NCBI GenBank assembly: GCA_963794945.1
Contig: CAWCFT010000004.1
Location: forward strand, 128,001-192,000
Length of the DNA stretch: 64,000 nt
DNA from: Endomicrobiales bacterium
Lineage (GTDB): Bacteria; Elusimicrobiota; Endomicrobiia; Endomicrobiales; CAWCFT01
Reading direction: 5' to 3'
The notes beneath the pieces are model-generated. The model was not told the origin of the DNA. It made no database searches and worked only from the letters and a program-made list of their open reading frames with translations. This document shows, in pieces, positions 10,175 through 20,027 of the stretch (positions are counted from its first letter, which is position 1; each line of letters opens with the position of its first letter). A program made the position numbers and the translations under genes.

Positions 10175-11050
10175 TTAAAAACCTTCTGCGGAGCTGTCTC
10201 TTTTTACCGTGAAAGTTATCTTTCTCTTCATCGTGCCGTCAGCAGATACCGCTTCGATGGGGTATTCCTGCTATCCGTCCGGCAGATAGAAGCGGAGCGA
10301 GAAAGAACCGTCGGGGCGAAGGGTAACGTTCTGCCCCTGCACAGTGAGTTTAGCGTCCGGCTCTGTGGAACCGTAAACAATAAGTTCGGTGTCGGCCTTT
10401 AGCCAGAAGCCTTTCTGTTTTACTTCTCCGGGCGCTCCTTTCCAGGAGCTTGCGGCAACATGGGACGAGGGAAGCGATATGGAAACTATTTCTTCCCACT
10501 TTTCTCTCATGAGTTTTGCTATGTCGAAAGAGCTTCTCCCTATCTGTTCGACCCCTGAAAGCTTGAGGAGCCGTTCAAATTCCTGCTGGAGCATTGCCCA
10601 ATGTTCGTCAGTTATTGGCGACACGCCCTGCCTGGGCATCGCGAGTATGTTTGAACGGGCGACCACGATGAACTCGCCGTCCGGAGTTATCATCCCGATG
10701 TCCACGCACCATGCGCGGTTTACTTCTCCCACGTTGACGTACCAATTGTCCGCGCCAAAGCCGATCACTATGTCAAAATACCTGTTGGCGTTCGATCCGT
10801 TGAACTTTATCCCAGTGACATCGTAAACCCTGAGGGCCCAGCGCGACGAGTTGAACTTGCCCTCGCCCACTTTTTCTTTGAGCTTAGAGTAGGTATCAGC
10901 GGCGACCTCCCAATAAGCGTAGAACCACAGCGGGTCTCTCGGAAGAATGACTATCTTCGTGTCCCCGTACGACTTCGGCAGGCCCATAGACGCATCGAAC
11001 GAATCCCTGACCTGAGCACCGCCTTTGATTGTTGAACTTGTGTTGTCCAT
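10175..11050 (-). CDS. DUF4912 domain protein with in-frame TAG at 10271-10273
   Basis: LPRDPLWFYAYWE, ARSN, ELIVYGSTEPDA; frame continues 31 codons past TAG to TAA TAA. Confidence 0.85.
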
Positions 11051-11057
11051 AACACAT

Positions 11058-11222
11058 CCCTCCTGTAGTAGCTTATTCCGCTTTTAGCGGGCCGGTCCCC
11101 GGCCTGCCTTCAGGCAGGCTTCCGGCGGAATATACTTTATTACTGCAGCTGTATAATGCAAAAGACGCCCCAGGGCGGTAATACTCAAGCGCTCCGACGC
11201 CCGTTAGCAATCCTTTTTCACG
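11058..11222 (-). promoter_or_regulatory. structured 5' leader, candidate cis-regulatory RNA
   Basis: about 170 nt between promoter and start codon with stems GGGCG/CGCCC, TATTCCGC/GCGGAATA, GCCTGCC-TGAA-GGCAGGC. Confidence 0.45.
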
Positions 11223-11227
11223 ATTAG

Positions 11228-11256
11228 ATTCTAACTTTTTAAGTTGGAATTGTCAA
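11228..11256 (-). promoter_or_regulatory. sigma70 promoter of DUF4912 cluster
   Basis: TTGACA-17 bp-TAGAAT on minus strand. Confidence 0.75.
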
Positions 11257-11367
11257 CCAATTTATTTTGAAAAATATATTAGTTTGCGGCCTGAACAAAT
11301 ATGACTATGAAGGCTTCAGCCATGCCCGCGAGAAGACTTTTCGTAGAAGCATTGCCGTATGGCTAAA

Positions 11368-11396
11368 TTGACACTTCACCCCCATTTTGCTAGACT
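11368..11396 (+). promoter_or_regulatory. sigma70 promoter, probably leaderless transcript
   Basis: TTGACA-17 bp-TAGACT, ATG only 9 nt downstream. Confidence 0.65.
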
Positions 11397-11404
11397 AGCT
11401 TCAA

Positions 11405-11920
11405 ATGATACTTGTAAAGATAATATTGGGGGCACTGTTCTTGGCGCTGGGCTGGGTGTACTTCTTTAAACCAAACCTGGTGTTCACAATAAACAAAGTA
11501 GCGAGAGATACTCTTTTCAATGACAGGATCATCCTGCTGGAACGCAAAAAACTCGCTATTTTATTTTTCTGCATGTCTTTTGTGGCATTATATATGGGTT
11601 TCTCGGCACTCACGAATATGCTGGGCAGCCAGGGCAAGAAAAGCTGGCTTATGGAAACTTCATCATATATGATGTACATGGCTATGCAGGATTACTGTAC
11701 GGAAAAATATGATAACGCCATTCAAAAATACAACCAGGTATTGAAAGCCGATCCAAACAACGTTGCCGCCTTGAAACATCTGTCATATACGTACGAAGCT
11801 ATAGGCGATTCGGCTAAAGCGCGCGTTATATGGCAAAAAATACTTGCGTTGGAACCCAACAATAGTGAGATAAAAGAAAAACTGAAGATCAAAAAACATG
11901 ACAATAAACGGAACAACTAA
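11405..11920 (+). CDS. membrane protein with C-terminal TPR repeats
   Basis: two TM segments; AIQKYNQVLKADPNN, WQKILALEPNN. Confidence 0.8.
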   Translation: MILVKIILGALFLALGWVYFFKPNLVFTINKVARDTLFNDRIILLERKKLAILFFCMSFVALYMGFSALTNMLGSQGKKSWLMETSSYMMYMAMQDYCTEKYDNAIQKYNQVLKADPNNVAALKHLSYTYEAIGDSAKARVIWQKILALEPNNSEIKEKLKIKKHDNKRNN

Positions 11921-12728
11921 GATCACCGGAATTTTTGGTTTCCCGGTCAAGCACTCGCTTTCACCAGCGATGCATAACGCCGCTTACGCGCGTATGGGGC
12001 TTGATTACGCCTATGTGCCTTTCGAAGTGGCCCCAAAAGAACTCAAAAACGCAGTGTACTCGTTAAGAGCCCTTGGGATAGCCGGCGTCAACGTTACCAT
12101 CCCGCACAAAGAAAACGTCATGCCATTTCTTGATTCTTTCGGCCCCCTTGTCAAACAGATCGGAAGCGTGAACACTATTATAAATTCAAATGGAAAACTG
12201 ATAGGTTATAACACCGACGCCCCTGGTTTTTTAAAAGATCTGCGTGAAAAGGGTTTTAACCCGTCCGGCAAGAATGTGCTCCTGTTCGGAGCCGGCGGAG
12301 CCGGTAAAGCCGTTGCCGCGGCACTGTCAAATGCAGGCGCGAAAAGCATATATATCACTGACAGCGCCGAACAAAAAGCCCGCGGCCTTTCAAAAAAGAC
12401 ACCCCGGGCTGTTTTTCTGCCTTTTAGCGGATGGCAGGAGAAGATATGCGACACCGCGCTCCTTGTAAACGCAACTCCGCTGGGAATGCACCCCGGCAAG
12501 CCGCCGGTTACGGCAAACAGCCTCAAGAAAGGCATATTCGTATACGACCTTGTCTATAACCGTGCCACAGAACTTAGCCGGGAATGCCGGAAAGCCCGCG
12601 TTAAATACTCGAACGGGCTGGGTATGCTCCTATACCAGGGCGTCATCGCCTTCGAACACTTCACTGGCAGAAAAGCGCCCGTTGAAGATATGAGGAAAGC
12701 CCTCACAAAACAAATTAAGAAAATTTAG
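11898..12728 (+). CDS. aroE: shikimate dehydrogenase
   Basis: HSLSPAMHN, NVTIPHK, NTD, GAGGAG, NATPLGM. Confidence 0.95.
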   Translation: MTINGTTKITGIFGFPVKHSLSPAMHNAAYARMGLDYAYVPFEVAPKELKNAVYSLRALGIAGVNVTIPHKENVMPFLDSFGPLVKQIGSVNTIINSNGKLIGYNTDAPGFLKDLREKGFNPSGKNVLLFGAGGAGKAVAAALSNAGAKSIYITDSAEQKARGLSKKTPRAVFLPFSGWQEKICDTALLVNATPLGMHPGKPPVTANSLKKGIFVYDLVYNRATELSRECRKARVKYSNGLGMLLYQGVIAFEHFTGRKAPVEDMRKALTKQIKKI

Positions 12729-12793
12729 AAGATTGAAAATTTTAAAATAAAAACCTTAAATCTTAAAATCTTCAAAATCTTAAATCTTCAATT
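12727..12793. repeat. short-period inverted repeat spacer (AAGATTG/AAATCTT)
   Basis: AAGATTGAAAATTTT ... AAATCTTAAAATCTTCAAAATCTTAAATCTTC. Confidence 0.6.
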
Positions 12794-12813
12794 GAATTAA
12801 AAGGCGGTAAAAA

Positions 12814-13836
12814 ATGATCATTTGGCTCGTCAGGATCTTAGTGCTTATCGCAAGTCCGTTAATAAGCTATTTTCAGATAGCAAAGACAACCAACGGTATA
12901 CTTATCGGTTTCGCTTTCGCTCTTGTAATAATCATGGCGGAGATAATAATCCAGAAGATACCGCTGGACACTCTAATAGCGGGAATACTCGGCATAATTT
13001 TCGGGCTTATCGGCGCCAAGCTGCTTGACTACTCGGTCTACCTGATGGACAATGTAAGAGTTTATGAAATAATGAAGGATTATTCACTGCTTATAAAAGT
13101 GATATTTTCATACCTGGGCCTTGTGATCGCCGTAAAGAAAAAGTCCGAACTTGACCTTCTTGACAAAGACATACTTAAGATAGGCGGCCACCGCAAGAAA
13201 GGCACGGAACTTATTCTTCTTGACACCAGCGCTGTCATAGACGGACGCATAGCCGATATAGCCGAAACAAAGTTCATATCCGGAACGCTCGTTGTGCCGC
13301 GGTTCGTGCTCCATGAACTGCAGACACTCGCCGATTCCGCCGACACGCACAAGCGCAACCGCGCCAGGCGCGGGCTGGATATCATAGCCAAGCTCCAGAA
13401 AGACGAGACGCTTACCGTAAAGATATTCGACAAGGACTATCCCGATCTGCAGAACGTAGACGCCAAACTACTCGCGCTCTCAAAAGAGCTTGAAGCGAAG
13501 ATAGTAACAACTGATTTCAACCTCAACAAGGTCGCCGTGCTCCAGGGAGCGACCGTTCTTAACATAAACGATCTTTCAAACGCACTTAAACCCGTTTACC
13601 TGCCTGGCGAAGCCATGCCGATCTTCGTGGTCAAGGACGGAAAAGAACACAACCAGGGTATAGGCTACCTTGATGACGGGACGATGGTAGTAGTGGAAGA
13701 GGGCCGCAAACACGTTGGAAAGAGGATAGAGGTCATAGTTTCCTCAATCCTTCAGACCTCTTCCGGGCGCATGGTTTTCACACGCCCTTCGGCCCAGCAG
13801 AACGGAAACCCCAACCCTGAAAGCCACGGGAACTAG
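12814..13836 (+). CDS. PIN/TRAM domain membrane protein (YacL family)
   Basis: LDTSAVIDGRI, TTDFNLNKVA, GYLDDGTMVVVE. Confidence 0.92.
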   Translation: MIIWLVRILVLIASPLISYFQIAKTTNGILIGFAFALVIIMAEIIIQKIPLDTLIAGILGIIFGLIGAKLLDYSVYLMDNVRVYEIMKDYSLLIKVIFSYLGLVIAVKKKSELDLLDKDILKIGGHRKKGTELILLDTSAVIDGRIADIAETKFISGTLVVPRFVLHELQTLADSADTHKRNRARRGLDIIAKLQKDETLTVKIFDKDYPDLQNVDAKLLALSKELEAKIVTTDFNLNKVAVLQGATVLNINDLSNALKPVYLPGEAMPIFVVKDGKEHNQGIGYLDDGTMVVVEEGRKHVGKRIEVIVSSILQTSSGRMVFTRPSAQQNGNPNPESHGN

Positions 13837-13843
13837 AATTTAA

Positions 13844-14509
13844 ATGTACAAGAACGCTGTCATTATAGTTGCCGGTGGCGCCGGAAAAAGGTTCGGTTCG
13901 AAAACGCCGAAACAGTTCCTGAACCTTTTGAATAAACCGGTATTTATGTGGAGCCTGCAAGCGTTTAAAAGAACAGGCCTGTTCTCACAAATAATATTGG
14001 TGGTTCCAGAAAACAGGCTGAAAAGGCTTGAGGCAGTTGCGAAAAAGTTTTCGTTCGAACTGGCATCCAGCGGGAAAGAGCGCACGGACTCGGTCAAGGC
14101 CGGGCTCCTAAAGTTAAACAAAGATATAACGTGTGTAGCTATTCACGACGCTGCGAGGCCGCTTATAAAACCGGATGTTATTAAACGGGCCATCGACAGC
14201 GCACGGGAACACGGTTCCGGCATAGTATCGGTTCCCGCAAGGGACACCATAAAATTAACATCGGGAAAAAAAATAATTAAAACAATTCCCAGGGACAGCG
14301 TCTCGTTCGCGCAAACGCCGCAGGCTTTCAAAAGAAGCCTTATCGATAAAGCCTACTCGAAGCTTGGCCGTGCCAGCGTGACCGACGACGCACAGGCAGT
14401 TGAACGGCTGGGCCTTAAGGTCTATACTGTCATGGGCGATTACAATAATATAAAGCTAACTGACAAGGACGACTTCAAGGTAGCACAAACTGTTTTGAAG
14501 AAGGGATAA
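13844..14509 (+). CDS. ispD: 2-C-methyl-D-erythritol 4-phosphate cytidylyltransferase
   Basis: [35 protein letters not shown]. Confidence 0.95.
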   Translation: MYKNAVIIVAGGAGKRFGSKTPKQFLNLLNKPVFMWSLQAFKRTGLFSQIILVVPENRLKRLEAVAKKFSFELASSGKERTDSVKAGLLKLNKDITCVAIHDAARPLIKPDVIKRAIDSAREHGSGIVSVPARDTIKLTSGKKIIKTIPRDSVSFAQTPQAFKRSLIDKAYSKLGRASVTDDAQAVERLGLKVYTVMGDYNNIKLTDKDDFKVAQTVLKKG

Positions 14510-15001
14510 TGCTGACAGGACTCGGTTACGACGTCCACAGATTGAAAAAAGGGCGCCCGCTCATTATTGGCGGAGTGAAAATACATCACACTAAAGGGCT
14601 GGAAGGCCACAGCGACGCTGATGTTCTTGTACACGCGGTCATGGACGCTCTGCTGGGGGCGGCGGGGCTTGACGACATCGGCCATCTTTTCCCTAACACC
14701 GACCCCAAATACAAGGGCGCCGACAGCATTACGCTGCTAAAATCCGTGGTAAAAAAGCTTTCAGTTAAAAAACTTTTTGTTAACAATATCGACACAACAC
14801 TGATCTGTGAGGCTCCGAAGATATCGCCGCACATAAAAAAGATGAAGGCCGTTCTTTCAGCGGCGCTTAAACTCCCGGCGAGACGGATAGGAATAAAGGC
14901 GACGACAAACGAAGGGCTGGGATTTATCGGGCGCGGCGAAGGACATAGCGGCTTTTTCAGTGTGCACACTGAAAAAGCAAGCTCAAAGCACGAAACTTTA
15001 A
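14509..15001 (+). CDS. ispF: MECDP synthase (frameshift near 14943)
   Basis: [38 protein letters not shown] restored in another frame. Confidence 0.94.
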
Positions 15002-15103
15002 ATCCGAAACAAAAAGCAATTTTAAGACAACAATAAATATTTTTGCATTAGGATTTTGGATTTGTAGTTTGTTTAGGATTTCGAACTTAGAATTTAGGAT
15101 TTG
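14976..15103. repeat. heptamer-periodic inverted repeat spacer (AAATCCG type)
   Basis: AAAGCACGAAACTTTAAATCCGAAACAAA ... TTTGTTTAGGATTTCGAACTTAGAATTTAGGATTT. Confidence 0.7.
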
Positions 15104-15109
15104 ACATTT

Positions 15110-16518
15110 ATGACTATACAAATTTCTAACACCCTTACCGCAAAAAAAGAGCCCTTCATCCCGTTAAAAGAAGGTATCGTAACAATGTACGTCTGCGGCG
15201 TTACGCCGTACGATGAGGTGCACCTGGGCCACGCCCGGGCGTACGTGACTTTTGATATCATCAAAAGGCACCTGGAACACTCCGGATACGGCGTAAAATT
15301 CATACAGAATTTCACCGATGTGGACGACAAGATAATCAAGCGGGCCGCCGAAAAAGGCACAACGCCTGCCGCGCTTGCAGAAACCTTCATTAAAGACTAT
15401 TTCAGTCAGATGGACAAGTTGAATGTCAAGCGCGCGGACGATTATCCAAGGGTCACTAAGTCCATACCTCAGATAATCTCGTTCATTGAGACACTTGTCA
15501 AGAACGGCTCAGCCTATGCGGTCAAAAACGGCGACGTATATTTTTCGGTCCAGAAGTTCCCGGGCTACGGCAAGCTGTCGAAAAGGAAACCGGAAGACCT
15601 TAAGGCCGGCATACGCGTCGAGATAGGTGAAGAAAAGAAAGACCCGCTCGATTTCGCGTTATGGAAAGCCACCAAAGAAGATGAGCCGGCAGAAGTCAGC
15701 TGGCAGAGCCCCTGGGGCAAAGGCAGGCCGGGCTGGCATATAGAATGTTCGGTCATGGCAACAAACGCCTTGGGGCGCCTATCGACATCCACGGCGGCGG
15801 ACAGGACCTGATTTTCCCCCACCATGAGAACGAGATAGCCCAAGTTGAGGCCGCCACCGGCAAACCTTTCGCAAAATACTGGATACACAACGGTTTTGTC
15901 ACTATAAACAAAGAGAAAATGTCGAAATCTCTGGGTAATTTCTTTGCCTCCGCGAGATCTTCGAAAAATATTCACCAAGAGTGGTGCGTTACTTCCTTTT
16001 ATCGCGCCATTACAAAAGCGCCCTCGATTTTTCGGATGAAGGGCTCAAGCCCGCAAAGAACGCGCTCGAAGGCATAGACGAAGTTTTACATAAGCTTTCG
16101 CTTGTTCCTTACACGCCGCAAATGCCCGGCCACCTGCGCAGCCTCGACCCTGAAATGGACGAGGCCGTAATTGCCGAGTTCAACGAGGCCATGAATGACG
16201 ATTTCAACACCGAGAAGGCGCTCGCCGTGATCCACAACCTTAAAAGGGAAGCGGCCACGGCAATCTCGCAGAAAAGCCCTGGAACCCTGTATAAATATTT
16301 CAACACGTTAAAGACACTCCTTTCTGATAGCCTTGGCATCCCAGCTGCCCTTCAGGCCGAGATACCCGCTGAAGCCCTTGAACTAAAAACCCAGCGTGAA
16401 GCCGCAAGGCGCAACAAAGACTGGAAAAAGTTCTGACGAATTAAGGGCAAAACTCAGCGCCCTTAAGTATAAAATAGAAGACAACCCAGACGGAACATCA
16501 ACTTTATTACCGCTTTAA
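15110..16518 (+). CDS. cysS: cysteine--tRNA ligase (three frameshifts near 15765, 15945, 16430)
   Basis: [35 protein letters not shown]-terminal DELRAKL in shifted frame. Confidence 0.95.
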
Positions 16519-16527
16519 ACAGCATTA

Positions 16528-16590
16528 TAGATTAGAAAATTTAAGATTCAAGATTTAAAGATGTCAATTTTCAATTTTTAATCTTCAATT
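16528..16590. repeat. short-period inverted repeat spacer (AAGATT type)
   Basis: AGATTAGAAAATTTAAGATTCAAGATTT ... AATTTTCAATTTTTAATCTTCAATT. Confidence 0.6.
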
Positions 16591-16599
16591 GGAGTTACT

Positions 16600-17340
16600 A
16601 TGAGTGAAATGATCACAGGCAGGAACCCGGTAAGAGAGTTATTGAAAGCCGGCACAAAGACCGTTAATAAAATACTTCTTTCGAGGCAGGCCAGGGGCGA
16701 GGCGATAACCGAGATAATAGCTCTCGCTAAAGAAACGGGCATCCCCATGCACCACGTGCCGCCCGAGAAGTTCGACAAGGTTTGCCCCGAGAACAGCCAG
16801 GGCGTCGCCGCGGAAGTCTGCGATTTTGAGTACCTCGAGTTCGCGGAACTGTGGGACAAGGTCAAAGACAAGCCTAACCCCGTGCTGGTAGTTCTAGACG
16901 GCATAGAGGACCCGCACAACCTTGGCGCCATAATCCGCAACGCGGTAGTGTTCGGCGCGGACGGCATCATCATAGCCAAGTGGCGTTCGGCCGCGGTCAA
17001 CGATACCGTGGCGAGAACGTCGGCCGGAGCCATCGAGCACATACCGGTCGCAAGAGTAACCAACATACCTCAAACAATAAGCGACTTAAAAGGCCTGAAC
17101 GTCTGGGTTGTAGGCGCCGAAGGCGAGGGCGGCAAGTCGGTAAGAGAAGAGAAGTTCGCGTTCCCGATGGCTATAGTGATTGGAAGCGAGGGCGAAGGGC
17201 TTCATGAGCTTGTTAAAAAAAGATGCGACTACCTTGTCTCAATTCCGCAGACCAATAAAATTTCTTCAATGAATGCTTCCTGCGCGGCAGCGGTCATACT
17301 CTACGAAATATTCCTTCAGAAAAGTGCCAGGACAAAATAA
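16600..17340 (+). CDS. rlmB: 23S rRNA (Gm2251) methyltransferase
   Basis: GRNPVRE, DPHNLGAIIR, GSEGEG, SMNASCA; follows cysS. Confidence 0.92.
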   Translation: MSEMITGRNPVRELLKAGTKTVNKILLSRQARGEAITEIIALAKETGIPMHHVPPEKFDKVCPENSQGVAAEVCDFEYLEFAELWDKVKDKPNPVLVVLDGIEDPHNLGAIIRNAVVFGADGIIIAKWRSAAVNDTVARTSAGAIEHIPVARVTNIPQTISDLKGLNVWVVGAEGEGGKSVREEKFAFPMAIVIGSEGEGLHELVKKRCDYLVSIPQTNKISSMNASCAAAVILYEIFLQKSARTK

Positions 17341-17350
17341 GCTTTAATAT

Positions 17351-17399
17351 AAATAATAAACCCCCTGAATAATCGAAATATTCAGGGGGTTTATTATTT
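17351..17399. terminator. bidirectional intrinsic terminator
   Basis: AATAATAAACCCCCTGAAT...ATTCAGGGGGTTTATTATT between convergent genes. Confidence 0.85.
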
Positions 17400-17422
17400 A
17401 CTTGAAATCATTTTCCAACAAC

Positions 17423-17671
17423 CTACTGTGCGGCAGAAGTTGCTTCTGGCGTAGCTGCATCTGTCCCTGTCTTTTTGGCTTTCTTGGATTTTTTCTTGGT
17501 GTGTTTGTGATGCTTCTTGGTTTTTTTTACGTCTTTTATCTCTTTTTGATGGCCTGCTTCCGTCCCCTGCGTTGCGGGAACAGTCGTTGCATCTTCGGCA
17601 TACGCCGACAGGACGCCCGCCGTAAGGATCGCGGCGACTAGCAATGCGAACAAATGTTTCACTATTACCAC
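17423..17671 (-). CDS. small secreted Lys/His-rich protein
   Basis: signal peptide ending AYA; KKTKKHHKHTKKKSKKAKK. Confidence 0.7.
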   Translation of the reverse strand: MVIVKHLFALLVAAILTAGVLSAYAEDATTVPATQGTEAGHQKEIKDVKKTKKHHKHTKKKSKKAKKTGTDAATPEATSAAQ

Positions 17672-17706
17672 CCCCTTTTTTTACACATTATCATTGCGTC
17701 AAAATT

Positions 17707-17845
17707 GAGATTGCTGAAAAACCTAAACAACCTCTGATTACAGCGATTAAAAACTAAGATTACGATGATTTAGAGCTTCTAACCGCCGTAATCGCAGTTA
17801 ATAATCATCGTAATCAAGGCTGTTGAGGACTTTTTCAACAAACTC
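17707..17845. mobile_element. MITE-like element with 15-bp imperfect TIRs and internal GATTA repeats
   Basis: GAGATTGCTGAAAAA ... TTTTTCAACAAACTC (13/15 complementary). Confidence 0.55.
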
Positions 17846-17860
17846 AAATTAGCCATTTTC

Positions 17861-17987
17861 TGTCTTCCCCGAATGTCTCTATCGGGGATCCACTTCCAAA
17901 AGTCATCCATATCATGCCAAAGGCAGATCCGCCTTTGGCGGAAATGTCATTGTTCTGGATTCCCGATTGAAGATTTCGGGAATGACA
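17861..17987. repeat. dRS3/RPE-like palindromic element
   Basis: TGTCTTCCCCGA..TCGGGGATCCA ... TGGATTCCCGA..TCGGGAATGACA. Confidence 0.7.
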
Positions 17988-18066
17988 AACGGTTTTTTAA
18001 ATTCAAAACTCTAACTATTGTCTCGGACGAGATATACTGTCCATTTTGGACATGTATGATACCGAA

Positions 18067-19335
18067 TCAGAACGTAGTATCAAATTTCATATCGCTCAAC
18101 CAGTCGGAACGCATCTGGTCCAGGCTTCTGCAAAATATCTTTTCGAAGGCATCGTTCAAATTAGACCCGTTATGCAGTTCATCAAGCATATTCTTTATAT
18201 TGATGTCCCATCCTTTGTCTATCAGATAGGCAACAAATATTTTGGAAAACGCATAAGCGAAGTTGACGTCTGCCTGAGAGGTAGTGGAATGGAACATCTT
18301 ATCTACTGCATCCATCGGAGGCACACCTCCAACCGCGAGCCGGTCTTTTACAGTCTTTTTCTCGCCATAGCTTATCTCGGCCTTATCGGGCATGTTCTCG
18401 TAGCACTGGGCCAGGCCTTCGTTGAGCCATGTCGGTATGTTATTTCCCACAACATAGCGTATATAAGCGTGCATGTATTCGTGATATACCAGCTGCCGAA
18501 GGCGCCTCTTGTCCCCTTCCGCGTCACATTTGCGCAGCCTTATCTTTCCATCATAGGCTCCGGCGAACCAATCAGGCTGTCCTAAAACAGTCTGAAATTC
18601 TTCCTGAGTGTAGATTATCACAGTCACCGGCTCATTGGGGAATGTACCGAGTTTCCAGCCAACGTTATTGTAAGCATCTTCGAGCATATCCAAGACTTCC
18701 TGCGACGCGCTCCACATTTCAAAACCTTCGTACCGTACTTTGAAGTGGTACCTGCCGGCATCGTGAAGCTTGCCGTTCGTTTCCATTTCCCTGTTAAGCT
18801 TATCGAGTTTCTGTTGTACAACTGTCTTTGACGGGTCAAGCGCCAGCGCCCTCTGCCACTGCTCCTGGGCGTTGGGATAATCGTCGTTGTCGTAATACGC
18901 CTGCCCCAGCAGGGAACGGGCCTCGGCAAGCGAATCGTTGTTTTCAATGGACTCTTTGAGCAGCGGTATTACTTCCTGGCCGTTATTTGCATTATACCGC
19001 CGGTAGGCTTCGTTTGTCAGTATGCCGGCAAGATTCTTTTTTATGGGGCCGGCCTGGGGATCCAGCTCTAGCGCTTTCTTGATGTAATGGTAAGCTGTGT
19101 CGAAATTGCCTTTGTTGTTGTAGTCCATCGCCGCGTTGTTGTAAGCTATAACAAGGTTATTTTTGATGTTAGCATCGTCAGGGGCCTCGGTGTGCGCCGC
19201 CGAAAGGTACTGTACCGCCTCATCGAACCTGCCGGCGTTCATAGCCGCAACCCCCTGGCTGTTATCTTCAACAGCCGAGCAATAAGCGGCTGATACGCAG
19301 AATAACAGCATGAACACCGCACTGATAATTTTCAT
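18067..19335 (-). CDS. secreted TPR protein with MA-clan zinc metallopeptidase domain
   Basis: signal peptide, TPRs, HEYMH and WLNEGLA. Confidence 0.85.
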   Translation of the reverse strand: MKIISAVFMLLFCVSAAYCSAVEDNSQGVAAMNAGRFDEAVQYLSAAHTEAPDDANIKNNLVIAYNNAAMDYNNKGNFDTAYHYIKKALELDPQAGPIKKNLAGILTNEAYRRYNANNGQEVIPLLKESIENNDSLAEARSLLGQAYYDNDDYPNAQEQWQRALALDPSKTVVQQKLDKLNREMETNGKLHDAGRYHFKVRYEGFEMWSASQEVLDMLEDAYNNVGWKLGTFPNEPVTVIIYTQEEFQTVLGQPDWFAGAYDGKIRLRKCDAEGDKRRLRQLVYHEYMHAYIRYVVGNNIPTWLNEGLAQCYENMPDKAEISYGEKKTVKDRLAVGGVPPMDAVDKMFHSTTSQADVNFAYAFSKIFVAYLIDKGWDINIKNMLDELHNGSNLNDAFEKIFCRSLDQMRSDWLSDMKFDTTF

Positions 19336-20003
19336 TGTTTTTGTTCTTTTGCCTTCTCTCGTTCAACCTTCTTTATGTCTTTCCATAAACTTTTAACCAG
19401 CAGGTGAACACAGTCCTCTTCGGCGTCCATAACATTGTCGCCCTCTTCGATGAACGAGCCTACCCAAACGATCTCGGCTGTCTCAACATCAATGATCTTA
19501 GCAACCAGGCCGATCTGGGGGTTGGTCGTTACCGTTACAGGATAGCGGCGTTTGTCAACCTTCGTTTTAGTGCCGGTTTGCTGGATCCTATTGTCGATTT
19601 TTTTGTAAACAGGAACAGAAAAATAGGTATCGTCCTCTTCCGTGTGAGTCTTGCTTTGCTTAGGCGAATAATACGTCACTTCGCCTACCAGCAGGCCGTC
19701 CACTCCAAGCAGCTGCCCCAGTTTCTTTGTTGTATCGGGGTCTTCAAGGCCTGATGCCGCGATCTTCTGTTCTTTCAGGACTCTATCAAGCTTGTTCCTC
19801 TCAACGGTTTTAAACCCCTTTTTGATAAGCTGCTGCGCGAAAATATCTTCTATACCGCTTATTTTCTTGGGGTTGTCAAATTTTGATATCCCGATATTCT
19901 TGAGGTTATTAAAATTATAGGTATGGCTTACGACAGTACGCGGCGTCGCGCAGCCTGAAAGAACTGCCGCAAAGAGTAAAGCCATTAAAAGTTTAAACGA
20001 CAT
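19332..20003 (-). CDS. CsgG/HfaB-like lipoprotein
   Basis: lipobox LSGC; VERNKLDRVLKEQ, LGQLLGVDGLLVG, IIDVETAEIVW. Confidence 0.8.
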   Translation of the reverse strand: MSFKLLMALLFAAVLSGCATPRTVVSHTYNFNNLKNIGISKFDNPKKISGIEDIFAQQLIKKGFKTVERNKLDRVLKEQKIAASGLEDPDTTKKLGQLLGVDGLLVGEVTYYSPKQSKTHTEEDDTYFSVPVYKKIDNRIQQTGTKTKVDKRRYPVTVTTNPQIGLVAKIIDVETAEIVWVGSFIEEGDNVMDAEEDCVHLLVKSLWKDIKKVEREKAKEQKQ

Positions 20004-20027
20004 TTTAATTACCTCCCCAGTGATTTA

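Noticed and set aside
15110..16518. cysS and glyA as pseudogenes or programmed frameshifts
   Set aside because: Normally essential genes with intact motifs; scattered indels fit sequencing error, and no consistent slippery motif was seen.
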